From Lama glama (Eukaryota): a DNA stretch of 64,000 nt. Below, piece after piece: positions 53,981 to 64,000 of this stretch. The stretch lies in the NCBI GenBank assembly GCA_028534125.1, contig CM052817.1, positions 60,700,001 to 60,764,000 of the forward strand, written 5' to 3'. Below the pieces are notes generated by a model that saw nothing but the letters and a program-made list of their open reading frames with translations, was not told where the DNA came from and ran no database searches. A program made the position numbers and the translations under genes. The number at the start of each line of letters is the position of its first letter. Within the stretch, counting starts at the first letter, position 1.

Positions 53981-56540
53981 TTTAATTGAAATCTGGTTGA
54001 TACACACTATTATGTTAGTTTCAGGTGTACTACAGCAATTTGACATTTGCATATATTGTGAAATGATCACAATAAGTTAAATAACCATCTGTCCCCATAC
54101 AAAGTTACAACAGTATTATTGACCATATTCTTTATGCTGTATATCACATCCCCATGGCTTATTTATTTTATAACTGGAGGTTTGTACCTCTTAACTCCCT
54201 TCACCTATTTCCCCAACCCCCATCCTCTTCCCTCTGGCAACTACCATTTGTTCTCTGAGTCTCTTTTAATTTTGTTTTCTTTGTTTTCTCTTTTAGATTC
54301 CACATATAAGTGAGATCATACAGTATTTGCCTCCCTCTGACCTACTTAATTCACTTAGCATAATACCCTCTAAAGCCATCCATGTTGTCACAAATGGCAG
54401 GACTTCATTTTTTATGGCTGAGAAATATTACACTGTATGTATGTGTGTGTCTGTGTTTATGTGTGTATATATATACACATCTTATTTATCCCTTCATTTA
54501 TCAATAGACACTAATGTTGCTTCCATATCTTGGCTCTTGTAAAATAATGCTGCATTTGGTGAGTATATATCTTTTTGAATTAGTGCTTTATTTTCTTTGG
54601 ATAATACCCAAAAGTGAAATTGCTAGATCCTGCAGAAGTTCTATTTTTCTTTTTTTTTCAGGAACCTCCATACTGTTTTCCATAGTAGCTGCACCAGTTT
54701 GCAATCCCACCAACAGTGCACAAGGATTCTTCTTCCTTCATATCCTCACCAACACTTGTTATTTGTTGTCTTTTTGATGTTAACCATTCTGACAGGGGTG
54801 AAGTCATATCTCATTGTGGTTTCGATTTCCATTTCTCTAATGACTGGCAATGTTGAGTATCTTTTCAGTGTCTCTTGGCCATCTGTATGTATGTTTTCTT
54901 TGGAGAAATGTCTAGTCAGGTCTTCTGCCCATTTTTTAATAGAGTTGTTTGGGTTTTTTGATGTTGAGTTGTATGAGTTCTTTGTATATAGTTGACCCTT
55001 GAACAACACAGCTTTGAACTGTGTAGGTCCACTTATACCAAAAATTTTTAAGTAGTAAATACTGCTGTACTCTGTGGTCCATGGTTGGTTAAATCTGCAG
55101 TTGGTTGAATCTGTGGATACAAAACCATGAATACAGATAAATTGCATATATGAAGGGCTGAAAATAAGTTACACAGAGATTTTGAACTATATGGAAATAC
55201 ATTGTTCAAGGGTCAACTGTACTTTGGATATTAACCCCTTATCGGTATATTGTTTGCAAATATTGTCTCCCATTCAGTAAAGATTTTTAATTTGATATAA
55301 TGCCATTTGTTTATTTTTGCTTTTATTTCCCTTGCCTGAGGAGACAGATCCCAAAAAAATATTGCTAAGACCAATGTCAAAAAGCATAGTGCCATAAAAC
55401 TTCTGAGTTTTATTGTTTCAGGTCTTACATTTAAGTCTTTAATCCATTTTGAGATATTTTTGTATATAGTGTGAGAAAGTATTCCAATTTGATTCTTTTG
55501 CATGTAGCTGTCCAGTTTTCCCACCACCATATATTGAAGAGGCTCTTTTCCCCATTGTATATTTTTGCCTCCTTTGTCATAAATTAACTGATCATATAAG
55601 TGTGGATTCATTTCTGGGCTTCTCTGTTCTGTTCCCATTGATCTGTCTGTTTTTGTACCAGCACCACACTGTTTTGATTACTGTAGGTTTGTAGTATAGC
55701 TTAAAATCTGGGCTCATGATACCTCCAGCTTTATTCTTTTTTCTCAAGATTGTTTTGCTACTGGGGTCTTTTGTGTTTATGCACAAATTTTAGAACTTTT
55801 TTTTCAGTTGTTTGAAAAATACCTTTGGTATTTTGATAGAGATTGCATTGACTGTTGATGGCTTTAGGCAGAATGGTCATTTTAACAATACTAGTTCGTC
55901 CAACTCATGAGCACGGTATACCTTTCCATTCTTTTGTATTATCTTCACTTTCTTTCATCAATGTCTTATAGTTTTCAGAGTACAAAGCTTTTACCTCTTG
56001 CTTTAGATTTATTCCTAGGTATTTTTTTTATGCAATTGTAAATGGAATTTTTTTTCTTAATTTGTTGTTAGTGTACAGAAATGCAACATATTTCTGTATC
56101 CTGCAACTTTACTGCTACTTTACTGAATTCACTTACTAGTTCTAATAGTTTTCAGTAGTGTTTTTAGGATTTTCTGTGTGTAGTATCATTTAATCAGTAG
56201 GTTTGCTTTTACCAGTGAGATTTTTCCTTCCATAATTTTCATATTTCTAGTGTCTTTTCTTTTCCACTTAAGGAAGTCCCTTAACATTTTTTCTATAGCT
56301 AGTTTAATGGTGCCAAACTCTCTTAGTTTTTGCTTATCTTTAAACTCTATCTCTCCTTCAAATATGAATGATAACCTTGACCATACCAGCTTGAGTGTTC
56401 TTGGTTGTAGACTTTCCTTTCATCACTTTGAATATGTCATTCCATTTCCTTCTGCTGAAAAGTCAGCTGATGTGTTTATAGGAGTTCTCTTGTATATAAC
56501 TAGTTGCTCTCTCTTGCTGCTTTTAAGATTTTCTCTTTTT
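53981..56540 (-). mobile_element. LINE-1 (L1MA-type): 3'UTR plus ORF2 3' half, joined to an ORF1-end segment; interrupted by MER8
   Basis: Minus-strand peptides [87 protein letters not shown]. 56200-56540 is homologous to 1420-1659. Confidence 0.93.
54989..55219. mobile_element. MER8-like Tigger2-family MITE (231 bp) inserted in L1
   Basis: TIRs (T)AGTTGACCCTTGAACAA / TTGTTCAAGGGTCAACTG; TA TSD at 54987-54988 and 55220-55221; L1 reads through when excised. Confidence 0.9.
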
Positions 56541-56884
56541 ATGAGAAATCCTCATGTGAAATGTGGAAGTATATTAATAGGTAATTCATAGAGTTGTTAG
56601 GTTTAAATATTTTACTTTTTGTGCATTTATTAAATGCATGTGTTTATTAAATAGTTGGGGTATTTTTTCTCATTGATTTACTTAGTCTTAAAACCCAAGC
56701 AGAAGACAGAAGATATAACTAATTCACTCAATCACTTGTCCTATTTTAGAGGAATATCCTGGCAAGACTCTGTAGACCAGTACAGTTTCCTTGTAATTCA
56801 TGATGCATTTGAAATAATACATATTCACTGCCTAATTATGGATATTTTTGTAATGGAATAGAAACATTTATAAAAGAAGATTTC

Positions 56885-57375
56885 TATTCAAAACTTAATG
56901 TCAGACAAAGACCTATATGAAGATATTCATAGCAATTTTAATCATAATAGTTCTGTTCTGGAAACAACCCAAACACTCATCACTTAGAGAACGGAGAAGC
57001 AAATAAATGACAATACTACGCAGCAATGAAAAGAAACAAATTGTACATGCAACGTACAATATTGTGGACAAATTCCCAAAGCATTAAACTAAGCCCAGAG
57101 TGAAAGATTACATACATTGTCTTTCCATTTATAGTATATTCTAGGAAAATTAAAACAGTGCTGACAAATCAATAGTTGCCAAGGACTAGAGGTGGGAGAA
57201 GGGAATTGACTGCAAGAGGGTAAGGGAATTTTTGAAGATGATGAAGATTTTCCACAGTTTGATTGTGGTCATGATGACATGACTATATATACTTTTCAAA
57301 ACTGATCAAACTATGCAATTAAAAAGGGGGAATTATATTTTATATAGATTATATATTAATAAACCTGACTTTGAA
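56885..57375 (+). mobile_element. Old L1 (L1MB-MD type) 3' end
   Basis: atattcatagcaattttaatcataatag..ctggaaacaacccaa..tagttgccaaggactagaggtgggag..ttgactgcaagaggg..aataaacctgact. Confidence 0.8.
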
Positions 57376-58494
57376 AGTTTTACTACTTGCTTTGTTTATA
57401 CTTTCTATCTCAACTTTCAAGGTTAAGTCATCTGAACCATATTTAAGCAATATCTGCAGAAGTATCTTCCCTTCTCTGCTCTGGAAAGCATGGTCTGCAG
57501 AGCAACATTCTCACTGGAGCTTTTCAGAAACACTCTTTCATGCTCTCTCCTTTCCCTGCCCCTGTAAACCTCTGAATCATGTTCTAACAGGCTCTTTAGT
57601 TCATACCAAGGTTTTAAAAGCACTGATGGCTTACAATAAAATAAGGAAGTATGGTCATTATTCCAGCAATAAATATATACTTATGGTGTATTTAAATCTG
57701 ATATCTTTATTTCTCCACATTCTTCTATACACAGTAACTTTTTGGTTAGTACGCTGTTGCATTATAGTGTCATTTTATTAATCACCTCTTAGATAACCTA
57801 AGTTGAAATTTTAGCCTGTGTTGTGTTACAGTGCATTTTATAACACTGGCACAAGGCAATAACAACTAAATTTCCAACTTCTCTGTGAAAGGTTTGGGAA
57901 AGATGCCTCCTTCTGACCTCAGAGGAAAGCATCATCCACATTTCACAAATATTAAAATGTAAAAAATAAAATTTGAATTGGTCTTAGAAGTATGTATCTC
58001 TCGTAAAATCCCCTTATCTAGAAAAACAGGAAATAATTACTAATTCTGAAGAAAAGGCTAAAGTGAGACAAGTAGATACTTCAATTAAAAAAAAAAGTAT
58101 ACATGCACTGTGTTGGGAAAGAAAAGACATAAACCTAACAGACACTCTTTCGCTCTTTTGGAGCCAGACTTTTTTCCAACACTAATGTAACTTTTGCCTG
58201 TGGCTAGCTGAGTGGCCCATTCTTCTCCTCAGAGAATGGTGCCGCAGCCTTCTGGCCAGCGTCATTGCCACATCCCCAGCATTATTGGTGGTTTTCGAGG
58301 CAATCCACACTAACTCTGTGAACAGTTAAAATGTGTCTGGAATTTAAATGTGTAGGCTGTGTATGAATTGTTTTCTGGAAATTAGCTTCTACTGTGCTTC
58401 ATTATACCAACTGACAACAGACTGGCATTCACAGAATGAACTATTCACTTATTAAACCCTTTCTTTATGCAGATGTCTTGGAGAATTACAAAGG

Positions 58495-58665
58495 TATGAG
58501 CTGGAGACCCAGACTGAGATAGATTTAATCTGTTTCTGTCTGATTTGGGACAATGTACTTAACCTCCCCCAGGTTCAGTTTATTCACCTATACAATAGAA
58601 ATTATGACCGCGCAACCATAGTCATTGTGAAAATTAACTGAGATAATGGATTATCTAAGATAGTG
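58495..58665 (+). mobile_element. Diverged MIR SINE
   Basis: ctggagacccagactg..gatttgggacaatgtacttaacctcccccaggttcagtttattcacctatacaat..ttgtgaaaattaactgagataatg. Confidence 0.65.
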
Positions 58666-58789
58666 CTGATTATTTTTATTGTTATTTAATAAATATAAAT
58701 CAAGACTCTCATCTGCGTCAGGCACTGCATTCCCGAGGCAGAGAAAGGCGTGCAATTAAATTAAAACAGCATCTTCCCCCTGAGGCATT

Positions 58790-59000
58790 CCATGGTTCTC
58801 AAATGGGGATGCAATTGCCTCTCTAGGAGTTTTTAAAACAGTGTTGGGGTGTTATTAGCTATTAAAAAGACAGGGTGCTGCTGACACTGCATGCCCAGGG
58901 ATCTTGAAGCTTTGAAAATGCATGGGATAGACCCCAGTCAGAGCAACAACAGCAAAAATTATCTCACCCAAAAGGCCAATACTGTTCCTATAGAGAAAGA
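58790..59000. mobile_element. hAT-Charlie MITE (MER20/MER3-like)
   Basis: catggttctcaaatggggatgcaattgcctctctagga...aattatctcacccaaaaggccaatactgttcctatagagaaa. Confidence 0.6.
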
Positions 59001-59169
59001 GTCTGGTAGAGGAGACTGACAAATAAATCAACTAATAAAGTAACAGGAAAACAAATGCTGTAATAGATGCAGTAAGAATATCATCATCAATATCGCCATC
59101 ATTGTAATAAAACGGCAGCTATTTACAATCTAATCTTTAAAACAAACCATAAGGGAGGGTATCATATAG

Positions 59170-59296
59170 CAGTGCTTCTCAAACTGTAATGTGTATAAAA
59201 ATCAAATGTTGATCTTGTGAAAATGAAGATTCTGATTCAGTAAGTTTGGGGTGGGGCCTTTGGAACAAATCAGCAGCAGACCACACTAAATAGCAT
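59170..59296. mobile_element. MER5-like MITE, internally deleted
   Basis: cagtgcttctcaaactgtaatgtgtata..gatcttgtgaaaatgaagattctgattcagtaagtttggggtggggcc..gaccacact. Confidence 0.75.
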
Positions 59297-59314
59297 GTTA
59301 TATACAATTGAGTG

Positions 59315-59813
59315 ACACTGATGGTGCTCTGCCCAAAGCCCCCAAGACACCTGTTAGCACTGTCATGCTTCCCCGCTTTCTCACCCCCCCCCTCCCCCTA
59401 CCCAAGATTTACTGTTAACACTTCTACCTGCCACTCCGCTGGGGAGACGTTCTAAAGCTACTTGGAACTGCTTTGCCCAAACCCATATCAAGTTGGAACT
59501 ACCTGGATGTTTAGATCTCTCTGGAATAAACTTCAGGTAATGACCTACTGATAGGAGAGCACTAAAGAGCCCCATTTCTTCGCCAAGTCAGGACAGACAC
59601 CGAGGCGTCACATCGTAGATCGAATTCTCTTGCAGAGTTGAGCTTAAACTCCCCTCTTCTAGAATTTGCCTAAAATCATACCCTTACTTGCCTTTCCCCT
59701 GCCTGGTTTCCATTACTGCCTTTGAAGTTTTTCATGCGAATGCTTCTTAATAAATAACTTGCAGATGGAGTTTCACCTCACTTTCTGCTTCTGGAGAACC
59801 CAACCCTAAGACG
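59315..59813 (+). mobile_element. ERVL LTR16-like solo LTR
   Basis: 5' tggtgctctgcccaaagcccc; 3' taataaataacttgca..tctgcttctggagaacccaaccctaagac matches the recalled LTR16 terminus. Confidence 0.72.
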
Positions 59814-61439
59814 TCCTCAGTTCCTCACTTTTCCTCTATTCACACATCCTTTTGGCTCCCCTTCCAAATTATATCCCCATTTGAGTAGCCAAGCTTTCCA
59901 CTAAACGGAACTTGGACATATTTTTCAGAAGTAATGCAGAAAGAGCTGCGCCCTTTTTAGCTCCAACCTGAAATTTTAAAGCTTTGAAAGTGAAAAATTC
60001 ATGAGACTCTTAGAAGGATAGTCATTCAGGCTAGCGACGTTTAGCCACATTGCATCATCCTTAATAAAATTTTGCTTTATCATACAGTTATTAAGCAGAA
60101 AAAGTTCAAGTCAAGTTGAAAATAAATATTTTTAAAACTAGTTCTTATTTTATGGGAGCAGTGATACATTGTAATGCATAGCTCACTGTGGAAATGTATC
60201 AAATGAACAGTAAAAGAAAATTTCAACAAGAGACTTAGAAGGGAATGACTCAGTGTGTTACAGAAGAGATAGATGAGTTTGTGACAGTAAGAAGGCAGCA
60301 GGCAAAGTTTCAGGGACACAGGTTAAAACCCATACTCGCCACACCTGTTAGCCTTCTAGATGACTGATGAAAGGATAGAAGATGGTAGACAAATCAGGCT
60401 TGACGGCAGGAAAAATTCTGTGATATTTGGGTATAGTAAGATGTTTTAAGCTAATTTTAAATGACTTAAACATCACAAAGCAAATGAGAAACCAATGGTT
60501 GCAGGTTGGCCTTCCTCTCTGATAAAAGGTCAAGTTACATTGTTTGAAAGATCATCTGACCTGCACTATTAAATGATAGGTCTTCATTTTATTCAGAACA
60601 TATTCATGTGTCAAATTTTAGAAAATGGTATAAAGATGTTAGAAAGATAATCTTGAAAATACTTGACACATATGTTTCATATTTTAAAATGTAAAAACCA
60701 GTGAAATTCACATTCTTAAAGAGCGTAATAATTTAGAAGGCAGATGTGAAGCCGTTCATCTCACCTATCAAAGTGATCTAAGGTAAAGTTAGTTGAGACG
60801 TATGACTTTTGGCTCTAGCATTTTCCATGATATTCTCTCTGAGTTCCATCGTGGGCATTGGGGTAGGAGTTCATTTTTCAATCATTTTCTTCTCTTTTTA
60901 GACACATATATAATTTAATATAATTTTAGAGACCTCATTATATTATCATTTTGTCCTCTCTGCTACACTTTTTAAATGTTACATCTTTCCTATTTGAATA
61001 CAGAGTTTTCAAATAATAATGAACTTGTCAGCCTTCTGATTGACATATATCTAATGTCTTATTTTAACTAGATCTGAAAAAATGAAGCAACTCTAATAAA
61101 GTAAGTATGGTAAATATGATAGATAGACTCGTTTTAGTAGAGGAGACTTGGAAATGGAGTTCATTTACACGTCGCCGAGTTTCCATGGGCTGCATCTCAG
61201 GCACATTACCACACCCATAGTAGCATTTATTCTCATTGATACAGTTCCTTTCCAGATCAGATTATGGAGAGAGGGATTGGTAAATTGGATCCTCAGATGC
61301 AACAGCCCATAGCACATGTTTTTATAAACTGGAAGCTTTTGCTTATTTTCTCAGAACTGTATCACTGTACAAATTTTAAAGGCTTGAGAGTTCTAATGCT
61401 TAAAATAATTACAAGATACATGAGTATTATATTATTTAC

Positions 61440-61602
61440 CTCTAGAATGTCACCTCCATTAGGACCTGGATCTTTGTCAGTTTTGTTCACTGATGCATGT
61501 GCCCAGAATTGTCTTAGCACCTCGTAGGACACGGAAATGGACACGGACACGGACACGGACACACACACACACACACACACAGAAAAAGTGTGAGTAAATA
61601 AA
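61440..61602 (+). mobile_element. LINE-2 3' tail containing a (GGACAC)n-(AC)n repeat at 61527-61581
   Basis: ctagaatgtcacctccat..tttgtcagttttgttcactgatgcatgtgcccagaattgtcttagcacctcgtagg. Confidence 0.75.
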
Positions 61603-62911
61603 TCACATACTGGCAAATCTGCTGTTCCAAGACAGGAATGTGCTGGATTGACTTTGTGTTTTTATTTGTCTTTGTTGCCTGTGTGACTCTGCTCATATCT
61701 CTGTGTCTTTTATCACCAGGCCCCTATTGCGTAAGTCTTTTAAAGTGCTTTGAGTAAGACTGGAATTTTGAGATGCTTTTTCTTATTCCCTTCTATTTGA
61801 AGCAAGAAGAAAGAAAACTAGTGCTGACTGAGTGTCTATTATGTGCTGGGCACAGTGTTAGACATGCTAACGTTGGTGATGGTATTAAACAGGGCAGACT
61901 GGAGTTGGTCTAATGTGACCTGACTGTATCCACCCTTTATCTTCATGACAAAGCTGTCAGCAGTTGGGGCAGCTGCAGACAAGATTGCTGCAGGGTAGCC
62001 GTGAATCTGTTTAAGAATCAAGGCTAACTTGAAAGATGAGAGGGACATCTGTGGGATTCTTTCTGCCAGATCCTGCTTGGAAAAGCACAGACTTTCCTTA
62101 GTACTGCCGCTGCTTGGCTCCTTCATTCTTCAGAAGGAGATCCAGTTCCCCTTTATGTGATTTCTAAGAACAGGGGTGCTAACTTTGTAGTGTATTTGTA
62201 GTATGCTAAATAAGAAATCTAGCTCTCCTTCTGAACAAAACATGTTCCCTTAAGAGCTTTGCAACATTCTTGTGGCCCTAGACCACTGCAGAAGGTTCGA
62301 GTTCCATGAGGAGAGAAAGCATTGTGAAAGTAATTCAGGGTTTGGAGCCAAACACGTATTTGAACTCCAGATCTACAAGTTGCTAGCTAAACTTAGCTGG
62401 GCTTTGGTTTATTTATGAAGTAAGGGAATTGTTTTCAGGACTATTGCAAGGATTAGACGAATCATGGATAGTTCCTTTGAATATAGTACATACTTAATAA
62501 AGGGTACTATAATGATTGGAAGCAGATAAGGTTAGGAAATGGTAATTGTTATCTTTAGATGTATATTGCCCACTTCACCAAGCATACCAAATGAGGAGGT
62601 CTGCAGAGTGGCTTCAGTTGATAGCTCCTGCTTAATGCCTACCTTTCCTTCAAGCTCCGGCTGTGCCATCCCAGACTAATCTCTTCCAACATCATTTGTC
62701 CTTCCTGTAGTGTAAATTACATGCAACAACCTGTCAGAAAGTCTATGATAAATATGAATTCTGCTCTTTATTCACCTTATGACCTTGGGCAGTTCAGTTC
62801 AAGTTCCTGAGTGTCAGTTCCCTTCTTATAAAAATGATTATGGGCTTGTATTGAGGATTAAATAAAATTAAAAAATGAAAGCAGTTACAAATGTTAAAAT
62901 GCTTTACAAGT

Positions 62912-63892
62912 TGTCTCAGTTATCCATAGCTGTGTAACAAATCACCACAAAAAGTTGATGAGTTAAAACAATAATGATTTATTCTTTCTCGCAATTCTAA
63001 AGTCTGGGCTGGGATCAACTGGGAAGTTCTTCAGCTCAAAGTGGTGTCTGGGGCTGGCTCCTTCATTCACCTGTCTGGTGCCTTAGCTGATGTAGGACAG
63101 CAAAATTTGTCAATCCAAGTGTATCACTTTGACATGAGGATTAATTTAGGCTGATTATTTTTGAAAAACAGAAGACTGGGAAAGTCTTTTCTTTAAACCT
63201 GCCACTTAGCTACCTAAAGAATTTAGATAAAGGGCCTGTTCTGGAATAGATCTATCACCAAAGATATCTGCAAAGAATATGGACTAGTTGTGGTGGAGGA
63301 GAAACCAGAGTCCACTCTCCCATCATCCCTGCAGGGCCCCATAAACACTTGTTTACCAGACAGTTTGCTTTTCAGTCTCCTTAGAGATTTCCTTTCTCCC
63401 CTTTGAAGTCCCAAACCACTACCCCCAAGATCCTCTTTTGTCTTAAACTGAAGGTAGTATTTAAAGTGAGGCCATTTTTGTGAGTTACTCAGTTTTCCTG
63501 AGTCTCTCCCATTATACATACTATTAAACTTGTGTTTGATTTTCTTCTGTTAATCTGTCTCATGTCAATTTAATTCTTGGACCAGCCAGAAGAATCTAGA
63601 TGGGTAGAGGAAAATTTATTCTTCTCCGACACTGACATGGCTGGAATAGGTGGGGTCTAACTAGATACCTCTATTACCACATGTCTGCTCTGGCAGGGTA
63701 GCCAGTCCATCTCACATGGTGGCTCAGGGGTCCAAGAGAGCTTGCTCCAAGAGGACAAGCCGTAAGCCTCTGCTTGCATCATGCTTGTAGAAGTTCTGCT
63801 GGTCACAGGCTAGTCTCACAGTCCCTATGTGAGGTGACTACACAAGTGTATGAACACTGGGAAGTGTATGTCATTGAACAGTCTGCACACCA
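62912..63892 (-). mobile_element. MaLR (MLT1-type) solo LTR, split by an ERV1 LTR
   Basis: tgtctcagttatccatagctgtgtaacaaatcaccacaaaa..ttaaaacaataatgatttatt; resumes catggctggaatag..tctcacatggtggctcaggggtccaagagag. Confidence 0.85.
63091..63631 (+). mobile_element. ERV1-class solo LTR (MER34/MER39-like, 541 bp)
   Basis: TGTAGG...CCGACA termini; perfect TSD CTGA (63087-63090; 63632-63635); TATA-like gtatttaa near 63457; ATTAAA at 63523-63528; U5 tcttctgttaatctgtct. Confidence 0.88.
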
Positions 63893-64000
63893 ATGTTAGC
63901 AATAATTATCATTGTCACTCCACCTCTGTTATATTTTGGCACCTGCTTTGCTTTTTTTAGAGGGGAGGAGGCAGAATATATGTTGTGTATAACTTGTCAT

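Overview
Mammalian genomic DNA (AT-rich, CpG-poor, two 500-N placeholder gaps) lying inside the giant gene GRID2 (glutamate receptor delta-2, GluD2), which is transcribed on the + strand. Two coding exons are recognisable. 3844-3982 (139 nt) encodes the M3 gating helix with SYTANLAAF and a wild-type Lurcher Ala. 27422-27617 (196 nt) encodes the start of the S2 ligand-binding lobe. They splice in frame across a 23,439-nt intron. The rest is intronic and dominated by transposon fossils: L1 of several ages, L2, L3/CR1, MIR, Tigger2-family and hAT MITEs, and ERV1/ERVL/MaLR solo LTRs, several nested with readable target-site duplications (TSDs). A tRNA-Ala-derived SINE, with no Alu/B1/BovB/PRE-1/Can-SINE seen, points to a camelid (inference). 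Repeat subfamily names and GRID2 exon/residue numbers are from recall and approximate. I found no prokaryote-type system and no novel protein gene. The most intriguing unexplained signal is a ~33-bp, G-U-rich, strand-asymmetric hairpin about 500 nt downstream of the M3 exon (4480-4558). Next is a candidate in-frame 21-nt microexon (58473-58493).
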